Below, piece after piece: positions 27,195 through 39,660 of a stretch of DNA of 64,000 nucleotides; positions within the stretch are counted from its first letter, which is position 1; the number at the start of each line of letters is the position of its first letter. Source of the DNA: Hemiscyllium ocellatum (taxonomy: Eukaryota); the NCBI RefSeq assembly GCF_020745735.1, contig NC_083426.1:20584001-20648000 (forward strand). Direction: 5' to 3'. Made by a program: the position numbers and the translations under genes. Below the pieces are notes generated by a model that was given only the letters and a program-made list of their open reading frames with translations, had not been told where the DNA came from and did not search any database.

Positions 27195-27680
27195 GTCAGT
27201 CCAAAAGTGTGGTGCTGAAAAGGCACAGCAGGTCAGGCAGCATTTGAGGAGCAGGAAAGTTGACATTTTGACCATAAGCTCTTCATCAAGAATGTGGGGT
27301 GAGAGGGGTGGTGCAAGGGGGGTGAGAGACAAATGGGACAGGCTGAGGCTGGGGAAAGGTATCTGGGAATGCAATAGGTAGACGAAGATGGGGGTGATAG
27401 TGATAGTGAAGGGTGGAGCGGATAGGTGGAAAGGACAGTTCAAGAAGGTGATGCCGAGTTGGCAGATTGGATGTGGGATTGGTGGGGGGAGGGGAGATCA
27501 GGAAACTGGTGAAATTAACATTAATCCCATGTGGTTGGAGAGTCCCAAGACAGAAGATAAGCTGTTCTTCCACCAGGTGTCATTGGCTAGAATTTGGCAG
27601 TAGAGGAGGACTAGGACTTGCATGTCCTTGGTGAAGTGGGAAGGGGAGTTGAAGTGTTTGACTACAGGGTGGTGGGTCAT
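27195..27680 (-). mobile_element. Penelope-like element 3' fragment (GIY-YIG C-terminus plus terminal repeat)
   Basis: Minus-strand PVVKHFNSPSH...DMQV and EEQLIFCLGTLQPHGIN; adjoining end matches the palindromic elements at 38.2, 54.1 and 58.4 kb. Confidence 0.75.
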
Positions 27681-28994
27681 TTTTCTTCACACACAGTTCA
27701 GCTTGCCTATTCTAAAACTGAAGCATGTGTGTTTGACTGCCTTGGTTAATAGAAATAGATTTCTTAAGTAGTTATTTTTAACTGTCTGTCAAAGTTCTGA
27801 TTGTCTTTATTAACTAGTTCCAACTTTCACAGAATGGAAAACTGTTTCTGGTGCTGATAAGTTGTCTTGAAGCCTGTTTTATAATGTTATCCACAAATGT
27901 AAGAATGAATAGATCTATGTCCAGTGAACTGATTATTTTAATCTGAATTTACCATCGATAATAAGAAAAATGGAACTCCTCCTTAAGGAGAAAAATAGAA
28001 AAAACTTGTTGAAACTGAAACTGAAATAATGAATAAACAACATGGAATTCAGAAGGGAAAGACTTGCTCCTTTGCTCCCACTCTTGAACTTGACCCCCAG
28101 AGGAACACAGTCACTCATTGTTATTTTCATCAGGATGCACTCAGAATTGCCCTGGAGGCGGGCTTGTGATCCAATTAAGAAGGGTGGATGGGCAATCCAA
28201 GTTGGAGGGCCAATCAGAGGCCTTCCAACTTGAAAGGAACAACAGGCTGCAATTGAAGGGAAGTTAAAGAGAGGTTGCTTCAAAACAGAGGCATCTTCTC
28301 TCTTTCTTTTGGCTTTTTCCTATATTTACCATCTTCCAACACTGTTGAAAGATTACCTTTCTATAATTTTTATATATGATATATATTTCCTCATGCTAAT
28401 CCTCCCCATCCATCTGGGCTGGGGACTGAGATTGCATGCTAACTTGCCTTCACCAGTCGTTGTGTTCTTTGGTGGCTCACGGGTCTTGCGATGCAACATT
28501 AATCCAATTCACATCCTGAGGACAGACAGAAGTATTACAACTAGGAGATCATGTTAGTTGTGCAAGATTCTTTGGTATCTTGATTAATGATTGAGAGAGA
28601 AAATGCACACACAAAACTCAAGGTACAGCTGTATTGAACCCAAAGAAAAATTCCAACTATTACTGTCTTGAGATTTCAAGGATAATGTTGGTGGGGATAT
28701 TGTTTAGAGTCATAGTTACCTAGAAGCAGGTAAAAAGCTAGGCAAATATGTGATTTTAGACCCTGGATTTTGCAGTCAGTAGCAAAGCAAAAACATCTGG
28801 AACTGACAACAGAAAGTTTTGCCAAGATATCTCACAATCTCAGTGTTTGAGAACATCAGATAAAATAGTGAAACTATACACTTTGGTATCTTTCACTTAG
28901 TTGTGTAGAATTTGAGATATAGTTTATTTGATTAAATCCAGCAGTATGAATGAAAATAATTTACAGGAATGTAAAATCTATAAAGGGATACTAG

Positions 28995-29280
28995 TATAGT
29001 AGTCATGGAAATAGACACTTCAGTCCAACTTGTCCATGCTGACCAGATATCCTGAATAAATGTAGTCCCATTTTTCAGCATTTGGCCCAGATCCCTCTTA
29101 AACCCTTCCTATTCATATATATAATCCAGATGCACTTAAATGTTGTAATTGTACCAACATCCTCCACTTCCTCTGACAGCTCATTCCATATACACAATAC
29201 TATCTGCATGAAAAAGTTTCCCCTTGGGTTTTTAAAAATCTTTTCCCTCTCTCCATAAATCTATGCTGACTAGTTTTGGA
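28995..29280 (-). mobile_element. CR1 LINE 3' end
   Basis: Similar to 13361-13650. Confidence 0.7.
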
Positions 29281-29433
29281 ATTGAAATGTGTCCAACTTA
29301 GAGAAATGTTACCAATTTAAGAAATGTTTCAACCTTTTTTAAAAAATTAGTCTGGCTAAGGAATCTCTACTTTCGAGTATCCGCATGTTTATTTCTAATT
29401 TAGTCATTGTGAATCTTATGTATACATTTTAAG

Positions 29434-29518
29434 GAATTAACATGGGTGTTGTTGCTGTCGTTGGCTTCCTTTTTTGTGCCGCATGCCTTTATCAAAAACG
29501 ATCATTATCAAACAAAGG
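29434..29518 (+). CDS. Gene 1 transmembrane exon
   Basis: ttttaag|...aaagg|gtaaga; 85 nt, phase 1-2; INMGVVAVVGFLFCAACLYQKRSLSNKG (hydrophobic stretch then basic residues). Confidence 0.85.
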
Positions 29519-30339
29519 GTAAGAATATTTACTATTTGTTAGATAGTTTTCTATCTTCAGAAAAGCTATTCATAAATTTTTAATCTTTATTCCACCATTC
29601 TCCTCATCTATTATTCTAAGCTGCCCTTCATACCTCTGACTTTCCCCTAGTCTGCAACACAAATTTTTCTATTGCTTTCTTGTTGAACTTTACTTGATTT
29701 ACTTGATTATAGCTAAGAAACTTGAAAATAAATGCAGGTTTTCCATATAAACATTCAGTCAAGCAACTAGTTCAAAAGCTTTGCCATTTGGCCATCACTT
29801 TCTTAACTCAAGCAGGGCCACTGATTAGTAGTATCTGAAAGACCAGCAAGTGTGTTGAATCTTGTGCAATAGTGAGTCATTTGGTAAATGTTTTGAGATT
29901 GGAAAAATGAAATTCCCAGCACTGAAGAGCAAATTCGACATTCCATCCAAGATTTTAATGATTTGACAAGAATGTTGCTAGTGAGCGGCAAGGACCCTGC
30001 TTTCATGCACTAACATCTCTATATTACTTAAGCTTGCTTCATTTATATGCATATCACTTTTTTTTCTTACAGCTCACAAGAAAGTCTGAGCAGAGATAAA
30101 ATAGAGAATCTCAGCAGGTCACACAGTGGAGAGGGAAACAGAGTTAATGTGTAGAGACCCATATGACTCTTCTTTGGAAATGGTTATGATGCTGCCAAAC
30201 CGACTGTGTTCCTCCAGCACTTCTCATTTTTATTTAAAATTTTTTGCATCTGCTATAATTAAGTCTGAGCAGATACCTGCCAGCTCCAGCTCTGTTTGGT
30301 TGGAATATAACACAGTAATGTAGCTGAATCATCTGCTGG

Positions 30340-31560
30340 AGTGAGACTTGAGGGGCTGGGTGGTCATCTAATCCCTGTGGCCATTAAAGTAACAGCTGCA
30401 TTGAACTTTTATTGTAGTTCTCTGCTTCAAAGAGTGCACGGGTTGCTGTATCTGCAACCCACAGATTTGTCAAGACTGTTACCAATGCAATTGATGCTGA
30501 ATGACAGCACTCATCACTTTTTCCTGTTCCCTCATGATGAAGTCAGTACTGGAGCACAAGTTGTAGGCTTTGTCAATATAGCTTGCCTTCCTCCATGTGC
30601 ATGGCCCTACAGATTATACATGTCGCATTGAAAGGGCAATTGAATATGACTGACTTCATTGTTAAAAAGAGTTCTCCTTGGTAAATGTACAAGTAATTGT
30701 GATCATCAGTATCTCATCTTAGAAATTGACAACATGTTTCTTGGATCTACTATGATGTCTATATACTTGATAACTGTTAGGTTCCTGCTTCATTCTAAAG
30801 ACCAGATGCCTGAAAAGGTTGACTGCAGGGAATAAAGGGCTAACTTCTCCAAACCTGGATGATGATTCCCTTTGTGCAATCCTCTGACTGAGGCCAAGTT
30901 AAGATACAATACAGCTCATTTTTCAACCATGTCTATCGTGAAACCGACAAAAGACCTCTTGAAGATGAGGTTCCTCTGTTTGTATTGGACTGGAGGGTTG
31001 GTGGGGAGGAGGGGGAGGAGGTTTGTTGCACTCCAGACACAGTGTACCATGTAATCCCTGCATGTTGTGCTCTGCATAACTGGAACAAAGTTAAAAATCA
31101 AATACCAGATCATAGTCCAACAGATTTATTTGAAAGCACTAACTTTCAGAGGACTGCTCCTTCATTAGGTAGCTGTGGAGCAGGATCATAAGGCACAGAA
31201 TTTATAGTAATAATTACCGTGTCATGCAACTGAAATAATATATTGAACAAACAGCTCCACAGCGACCTGATGAAGGACCAGCACTCTAAAAGTTAGTGTT
31301 TTCAAATAAACCTGATGGACTATAACCTGGTGTTGTGTGATTTTTAACTTTGTCCACCCTAATCCAAAACCGGCACCTCCACATCATAAGTGGAACAGGC
31401 AGAGAGAGAATGTGATGAACACTGAAAAGTTGGGTAAGCAGCTGCAGTCTTCCAAGAAAGAAGAGGAGGACATGAAGTGGGAGTAACATCATTCAAGATG
31501 ATAGAACAGTGCAATTTTTGGTGCATTGAGCCAGACAGGATTTAATTGACACCTGCTTCT
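30340..31560 (+). mobile_element. Degenerate PIF/Harbinger transposase remnant interrupted by a Penelope-type element
   Basis: IPVAIKVTAALNFY, PLTEAKLRYNTAH, LKMRFLCL and ACCALHN motifs with frameshifts. Confidence 0.7.
31085..31385. mobile_element. Short Penelope-type inverted-repeat element (family 2)
   Basis: acaaagttaaaaatca...tgatttttaactttgt inverted arms; flanked by near-duplicate cataactggaaca / cataagtggaaca. Confidence 0.7.
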
Positions 31561-32533
31561 AATAGACAAAAGCTGGGTGATCATTCATTAGCTGCAAATT
31601 TGATAGTCAAAATGCAGTCTCTTCAGTCCCAGAAGCAAATGTAGCATCTTTTATTTTTTGTTATTTCACTTTAGTTGTTTAATAAAAGTTAACGTTAGCA
31701 ACAATTTCAAGGTTTTGACAATGTGACGCTGCCACATTTCAACACTGACAAGACGTTATGCTATGCTGAGCAACTAGAGAAAGTATAAGAAACCTTTGGA
31801 CACAGTTCTAACAGGGTTTAATGTTGAGAATAGATAGCGTCTGTAGCTTCATTCTTGTAGCCATATTTCAATGACGGTTGAACAGACTGATGCTGATGTA
31901 AAAAGAGAATACATTTATAATTATAATCTGCTATTCCCAATGAAGTGTCACCTGTATGCCCTCAGATGCTTTTCTTTTTCATTTTGCTCCCATTATGTCT
32001 TTTATGAAAGGCTATTCCTAGCTTGAATTGGTGCACAGCTTTAAATTTGGTCCCAGCAGTGGCAAGTACTTCAGGTGCTGATAAGCTCACAATAGCACTG
32101 CTGCAGAAATGTACAGCATGCATGGATGAGTGTTGTTGAAGGAAATACTCCATGAATTCCTTGAAAAATTTTAAATTTTTGGTAAAGTTAACCTTCATGG
32201 ATTTTTATTTGATTAGCAAAACACTGTATAAATCAAACATTGAAACCTAATGCTTACTACATTTTCCCATGGCTGGAAATAACAAGCTCCATATGAGTAA
32301 GATGTATTCTGGCTGTCAGAATTGATCAATTTATTTTGTAACAATTACAACCAATGTTGCCTTGAGGAATATGAAGAATTTTAGTTAACTTAAGCTATTT
32401 AATCTACTTAAACAAAGTAGTGCATTTTGCTTGCTGCATGAAGTTTACAGTCTTTTGCAAATGTACTGTCAGATACACGTAATGTTTTATCATAATTATA
32501 TTTTAATCCATGCACATCATGTTTCCTTTTTAG

Positions 32534-32621
32534 GGAATATCATCTTGCCAGCAGTATTCCCATGAGCTCTGATGACAACCAAATGGGCCCTCATTCTGAT
32601 TCCTGTAATCGTCCAGTATAA
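32534..32621 (+). CDS. Gene 1 cytoplasmic-tail exon (coding part; exon probably ends at 32647)
   Basis: ctttttag| acceptor, phase 2; (G)EYHLASSIPMSSDDNQMGPHSDSCNRPV*; KG|xY junction recalls the CD46 tail; donor aag|gtaaat after 32647. Confidence 0.75.
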
Positions 32622-33102
32622 TTGTTGAAGATTTCAAATTGATAAAGGTAAATATTTGTGCAATTCTGTTTCACAAACTGTTCTGTGCTTTCAGTGATCT
32701 TATGGTAGTGTTAAAGTATCTGTATTTAAGCATTTATGGGAATTTTCAAATTTTACTGACCTGTGTAATCTTAATTCTCCACTTCTATTTCGCTAAACAT
32801 TTAAATGTCAGTTAAATATTGATCATACATGCAAAAGATTTACCTTCAATATTTCAAGCTCTTCCTAAGTATTCCAATGTGACTCAGCTTGCATGATCTT
32901 GCTATTTTCCATTATTAAGTATCAGCCACTTTTAAGACCTTTTCCTGTTTTTTTTCTCCCAGTAGATCAAGAGACTAAAGGGATCTTTATCCAAAATATA
33001 CCTTTCCGCAGTCTCCCCTCTAAAACAATTCAAAGGACATATGTTGAAACTTCATCCGGTTTAAAGGCAGTTTGGAACTATATGTAACAACAATAACATT
33101 TT

Positions 33103-33108
33103 AATAAA
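33103..33108 (+). terminator. Candidate polyadenylation signal of gene 1
   Basis: First AATAAA after the putative last-exon acceptor (32962/32965), followed by T/GT-rich sequence; other AATAAA occur near 34621, 34770, 35019 and 35075. Confidence 0.35.
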
Positions 33109-36100
33109 ACAGTCTAAATTTATTTAGTTTGTTTTGGAAATCAGTGCAGTAACAACTACAATGCACAATCGATAGAAAGATATTTCTTTGGGTATTTAAG
33201 ATAATTTTCACAATAACAATCGTTAAACTATGTGCAATGTTACATTTATTTTAATACATCTTCACCACTTGGTCACTGCACTGTTTCCAAAAAGGCAAAA
33301 AGAATCAGACTTAAGCTGTAAACAAAAAAACAAGGAACTGCAGATGCTGAAAATCATTAACAAAATCAGATATTATGGAAAAATTCAGCAGTTCTGGCAG
33401 CATCATGGAGAGACAGCAGAGATGATGTTTCAGGTGCAGTGAGCATTCTTCAGAACAGAACAGATATTTATGTTGATCTGGAACCAAAATTTTGTCTGCA
33501 CAGATGCTACCAGAACTGTTGAGTTTTTCCTGCAGTTTCTGATTTTGTTTCAGGCTTGAACTGATTGACTTCCTGTGGGAAATACCAGTGGGAAAAATCT
33601 GTAAAATAATAAAATTTGATATTGACTAGTTAGGAGTGAGAGATGAATATCTTTGCTACATTTGATGTTTGATCTTGAGGATATGATAAATGATAGTGTT
33701 TGTATATATTACCAACATGAAAGCAAAATGTTCTGGATGCTGGAGATTTAAAATTTTTAAAAAAGTGCTGCAGAAATTCAGTAAGTGTCTGGTGGAATGC
33801 GTCGCAAGAGAACCAGAACCCAATATAACTTTTTAGAGCTGTATATATCATACTAGTTTTTAAAAAATAAATTTGTAAAACTTGTTTATAGAAACTTTTT
33901 TTTATATTTTAACGTTTGGTTTTTATATTTTAACGTTTGTTGGTTCAGATGCTTTCATTTTGCTTCCACAAAGAGCTTATATTTCTAGCAACCACATAGT
34001 CTAAGCAGTCTTTGAATTTCATTGGTGATAGATATCTGAAGATAACCACAATTTAAATATCTGATTTTGTCTGAAATATTTTTCACCAGTAAATATGGTG
34101 GAAACCACCCAATTGGCTAACTCATTTTTTAAAATCTTAGAACTCATATCATGTTTCTATGGTAGCAGCACATCAAATTAATGATACTGGGTTCAACAAA
34201 TGGTATATCTCCTTTTTAAACAAACAGCACAAATTGTTTGAGACAATTGTCTTGTCAGCTGATAAGAGTCCCCTTCTGCCTTTGCTAGGGAAAGTCTATT
34301 GAATCACACATGAAATAGTTAATGGAAAAGCTAAAGGAACGATCATAGCTCCATCCCGTGAAATCTTTAAGACACAACTTTACATTAATTCCATGAGAAG
34401 TTTTCATTATCAGGGCTATCATTCAGCAGATCATGCCTAGTTAAGCTTGCAAAAGTAATATAAATATTCATAGCATATGGATATTAATCTGTAATGCTGA
34501 TACTAGAAAAAATGCAGTTTTTTAAAAGTTTTTTTATATCATGTTAATACCTCTGGTAAGGCCTGTCATTAAGATAATGTAATTTCTATCACCTGAAATG
34601 CTTCCATGCTTTTATCTTGCAATAAAACTCTGAATATTCATTCATGATTTTATTATTATATTGAAGTTTGTAGGTAATATTTTTAATAACTTCTGAACCT
34701 GAATGCCAAATCACAATGTAATTTCGCAACATTCCACCTTCCCCAGTTCAAAGTATAAAACAATCCTAAAATAAAATGTCTGTTATGTGTCTTGCATTTC
34801 TGCTTTAATTTCCATAAATGTTTGCTATAATGCTTAAAAAACATTTTAAAAAGCACATAACCTCATACTGTTCAAGCAGCTAGTTCCATTTTAAAGTTGT
34901 AAATCTGCGGATATTTGATTTTTACCAAATGTCAGATTAACAGGTTTCTTTTGTGATGTTTTACTTACATCCTATTTCAGCCTGCCTTGCTGTTTAAAGT
35001 AAAAAGCTTTGAATAATTAATAAACACATGTGGGTTATGTGTACATTGGTTTTGTGTGTTTGTGAACAAATTTAAATAAAAGTGATGTAACCTTTTCTTA
35101 AAATTTTGTGACCTCATTTATTCTCCACTGAAATAATCACTCCAACAATGCTCAAGTTATTTTCTTTTTAAACTTTCCACTGATGCCTCTTTGTTTTTCA
35201 CATATCAAAGATGTAGTCATGATTCCTATCAAGAAACACAATGGGCAGAATTTTCCCATTGCTAGGGAATATCATTTTTGTTGAGTTTCTTAGAAGGTTT
35301 CTCCCACTGAGATCTGGTGAGTATTCTCACATCATAGTCTCAGACTCATCTCAAAACTACTTATCCAATTCCTAAGTGCCCTTCTCATCTGATATTATCA
35401 CTCATTGTAGGTAATAAGCTTACAATACTGACCAGATATCTTGAGATAGGAAATTGTCCCGAGTACTGGCACCATATTTAAAAAGCCATTGTGCATCTGT
35501 CAAGTGCTAGAATCTGGAACTGTCCTGTACAGTCACCGCACAAAGTTGAGGGAAATTGACATTCCACTTTATGGACAGGACTGAAGGTTTCTGGTAAATG
35601 GGTGATGCAGAAGAAGATTGACCTCTTTCTCAGGACTGAAGCCATGCCAACAGACCCTACCAGCTTGACCTGAGATTGCCACCTAAGTTAGTGTGGTATC
35701 CATAGTGCAGATAAATGCCTAGCAATATTGTTCAGGGTCCATATTCATTGACCTCACACAAACTATCTCTGCTACTGTACTTATCTCCCAACAAGGCTCC
35801 TATTCTACCACTGTAGTGTGCAGCTCCTAATCACTTTGGGTACCTCACCAATTGTCTCTCAGCTGCACTAGCACAATAGCTATGCCATTCATGTGTGTCT
35901 GAATGCAATCCCTTCTTCACTTGTTTCAGGAGAAAGTGGCATATAGCAGATCTAAAAGGCTCAGGATGGGCACTGGGTTGCCCAGATTCAGCTCCTCACC
36001 CACTAAACAGAGGAGATCTTGATATTGGCCAGCGAAGATGGGTTGGGACCAGTCTTGTATCGATGTTGTACTATTCGTGACCTAGCAGCAGTAAAAAGCT

Positions 36101-36222
36101 TTGTACAGTACAATACCAGACCTTTATTAACTCCAGTTACATTTCATCCAAATGTCACAAACTTTACTGCCTGGTCATGATATTCTCTCTTATACTTGTG
36201 TCTCACATATACCTGTGGGTAC

Positions 36223-37347
36223 TGTGGGATCATGTTTAAATTACAGCCAGAATCGATGAGTGGTGAAAACAGCCTCTTTATTCAGCAACTGCAGTAGTAC
36301 AAGTTCGAGGCAGCAATAGAATCCCAAAATATAGTTCTTACATTAGCGTCTTTATACACTGTTCTTAAATATATTAAAAATCCATCAGCATGGTGTTACA
36401 TTGTTTTACCTATAGTACACAAAGGTTTGAGGAAACATGAGATGGCCTAAACATTTCCTAATTGCTACCTGAAACTCCTGATTGGATTAATTATGAAGTC
36501 TGTCTGGTTTGGTTGCACAATTAGGAGGGGTTAGTCCTTTCGTCTTTTAAGTTAGTAAATATTAGTGATAATACTAGGTCTATATACTCTAAATAACTTT
36601 GAAATTATACCTGTATTTAATAAAAGAATAAAGCATATTAAGCTGATTACTACAGCTGGTTTGTGAGATTTGTTTACTATTTGCTTCATTCATGCAGTTT
36701 CATGGAAGCACTGTTTTGGTAATTAAGGGGATAGTGGTCCTGTTAAAAAGTACATACTAACTAGGAACCATGATGTAGAGGTGCTGGAGTTCAACTGGGT
36801 TGGACAAAGTAAAAAAAATCACACAACACCAGGTTATAGTCCAACAGGTATATTTGGAAGTACTAGCTTTCTGAGCACTGCTCTTTCATCAGGAAGCTAT
36901 GAAGCAAGATCATAAGACACAGAACTTGTAGCAAAAGATCACAGTGCCATGCAACTGAAACAATATATTGAACAACCAGAGCTCTGAAACTAGTACTTCC
37001 AAATAAACCTGTTGGACTATAACCTGTGTTGTGTGATTACTAATTGGGGAAACTGTTTGGTGTTCTGTAATCTATTCAGGTCTGAGAGATGGTGGGTAAG
37101 GGCTGATGTAGAAATAGGCCTGATAAGGGTTTAACGTGAATGGGTTGAAAGGGATGTTCTAATTTTAGCCTTTATTATAATAGTAAAATATAGTACAAAA
37201 TGCGGTTCTATGAATGAATGAGACTGTGTTCTAATAAACATTGGGTTAGAAAAAGGTTACGAATGAATGAAGGAGAACCTAGTATTAATTAATATCGTGA
37301 GCTGGTGAGTGGTTTAGTAAAGATATTCTATCACACAATATCTCACA
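36223..37347. mobile_element. Probable solo LTR, interrupted by a family-2 element at ~36770-37037
   Basis: Ends TGTGGGA...TCTCACA, flanked by a 4-bp direct repeat GTAC (36219-36222, 37348-37351). Confidence 0.45.
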
Positions 37348-38149
37348 GTACCAATGCTCACAGTGGCTATGGTCAAGAGGGTTACTCTATGAGAGATTCT
37401 CACTCCCAAGACTGAGGAAGAGAGTCAGGATACCTCTCAATCAACCCCATAGGCTTTGCTCCTCACCATATCCTCACCCAAAGAATCTGAGTGTCCATGT
37501 GCTGACCTTTCCACCACCCAGCCCCAGTTATACTAGATTGATCAGCCAGTTCAGGCACTTAAATCAAGGTTGATGTTTGCAGTTCACAATCCCCCTTTCG
37601 CTTGGCTCTTCTCTCTCTCATCCTGTACTATATACACCCTTTGTTTTAATATAAAGAGCTAGAGATTAGAAACAGACAAAAACAGGAGAAAATCAGCAGG
37701 TCTGGCATAATTCATGGAGAGAAAAGAGAATTAACATTTTGAGTCTAGACATGCTTCTTCAGAATTTTGCATATTGAGTTGACCCTCTTTAATACTGTCA
37801 TTTCCCCAACTCCAAGTTACAGCAATCTGACTTCTATCCCCAAAATTGAATTCTCTAGTCTTCCTGCACAATATCAGTCCTTGATAATCCCCCTTGACTT
37901 TTAACAGTCAGATGCCTCAAACTGACTATGGCCCTTGAGAGACCTTGACAGTTAGCCCTGAACAATGAATAATTAGATGTCTGACATGTCTGTACAGCTA
38001 CCCACTATGTTCCATAAGTCCTTGAACTGGTTACACTGGACCCATAGAGTGTGACCCCACTCCCTGAACTGCAGAGATTACTTTCTTTAGACTTTGAGCT
38101 ATGCCTGTTTACTTGCAGCGCATGGTAGTGTGTTTTCGGATACACTACT

Positions 38150-38368
38150 GAGGAGAAAGTGACGACTGCAGATGCTGGAGATTAGAATAGAAGAGTGTGG
38201 TGCTAGAAATGCAGAGCTGGTCAGGCAGCATTTGAGGAGCAGGAGAGTTGACATTTCGAGGATAAGCTCTTCAGGAAGGTCTGGTTGAGAGCTTATGCTT
38301 GAAACATTGAGTCTCCTGCTCCTCAGATGCTGCCTGACTGGCTGTGCTTTTCCAGCACCACACTCTTG
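38150..38368. mobile_element. Short Penelope-type palindromic element (family 1), degenerate
   Basis: aagagtgtggtgct...agcaccacactctt inverted arms. Confidence 0.7.
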
Positions 38369-39149
38369 ATGCACGTTACTGATACAGGATGCAGGTGTGA
38401 CATTGACATAGTGACAAGCCATAGAGCAACATATCCACCCCCTTGACTGACAATCGCTGACAAGCATGAACAGTGGAGTGGTCTGGCTTTGTGTCTGCAA
38501 AGAGAAAAGTCAAAACAGAAGTATCTTGACCCTTTAAGATTTGGCTGAAGGGGTAAAGCTCAGATATGAAGGCAAAACAGGAATGCTATTAGCATCCAGG
38601 TATGCACTACATTAGTAGTTGGTAAGAGTGCAAATGAACAAATCTGAGATATGGGCTGGCCAAAACTGCAAGCTAGATGTCCCTGTGCATAATGTGTCTC
38701 CATGACTGCATTGCAATAATAATTGCCAGTGCGCTCTAAACTGCAACATCACTTTGTAAAAAATGTCCAGTAAGTGGATAAGAGATGGATCTTCATAGTG
38801 CAGTGAAGCTGGCATGTGTCTGATGGTGTGGAGCAACACTAATGTGTTGGGGCCAGAAGTCCAAGATGTTACCCAGAGTAGCCAGCTGCAAGTTGGCATC
38901 AAGATTGGAGTGGTGCTGGAAAAGCACAGCAGGTCACCAGATACCTGTGCTTATTCTTTTTCCTCAATGAAATTCTGACTTGGTGGAAACTGAAAGAGAT
39001 GTGAGAAATCTTTTGTTTTGTGTTGCAATCATATTCTCCTGATTTGGAGATGCCGATGTTGGACTGGGATATACAAAGTTAAAAATCACACAACACCAGG
39101 TTATAGTCCAACAGGTTTAATTGACAGCACACTAGCTTTCGGAGGGGTG

Positions 39150-39660
39150 TGTCAAGACACGCATGCGCTGAGGGTTGATCGGCATTGGCGGCCATACAGA
39201 CACGCATGCGTAAAGTGGAAGTTTCCTCGGCGGGCAGGGCGGTTGGCGGAACGCGCATGCACCGTAGGTAAAGGTCCCCTGAAACGGGCGGTTGACGGAA
39301 TGCGCATGCGCCGTCGGTGGATGTCCTCTTTGACAGGCGGTTGTCAGAACGCGCATGTGCGCGCTGCTGTGTTTGACTGTCGAGGCGAAGTTGGTGAATT
39401 AACGGAAATTGGGCTCGGGGCACATCTGGGAGGAGGATAGGCCCGGGACTGAAACACCGGCGAGTTTTGCAAAAAGGCTCAATGTTACTGAGTTAGAGTC
39501 TAACAGTTCTGTGGAAGGAGTATTCTAGAGTTTTCATAATATCCCCGAATATTAAACAACGGAGAGAGGATTGTGAAATGTTAGAGAGACTCATCCTCGC
39601 TCTCATGGCGACCGGGGTGACCCGGGTAACCGGTAAGCAGCACCCCAGCTTCCCGTTGCT
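39150..39660 (+). promoter_or_regulatory. CpG-island promoter/first exon of gene 2 with five NRF1-type motifs
   Basis: The most CpG-dense stretch in the window; GCATGCG/GCGCATG motifs near 39160, 39203, 39252, 39301 (perfect TGCGCATGCGC) and 39350. Confidence 0.8.
39578..39632 (+). CDS. Gene 2 exon 1, signal peptide
   Basis: gaaATG...accg|gtaagc, phase 1; MLERLILALMATGVTRVTG joins DCSKPP. Confidence 0.82.

Larger units (their letters stand above)
427..32621 (+). other. Gene 1 span (5'-partial): RCA-family type I membrane protein with >=10.5 tandem split-exon CCP2-type modules, TM and cytoplasmic tail
   Basis: 24 coding exons with canonical AG/GT sites splice into one open frame ending in TAA at 32619-32621; each module has C-x-x-P...C...G-Y...C...W...P-x-C. 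Confidence 0.9.

Noticed and set aside
30340-31100. HARBI1-like host gene
   Set aside because: The motifs are spread over several frames with stops and an internal insertion, so this is a dead transposon.
39018-39440. 140-aa and 114-aa ORFs with internal repeats
   Set aside because: By-products of the GC-rich promoter tandem repeats; the supported coding start is 39578.
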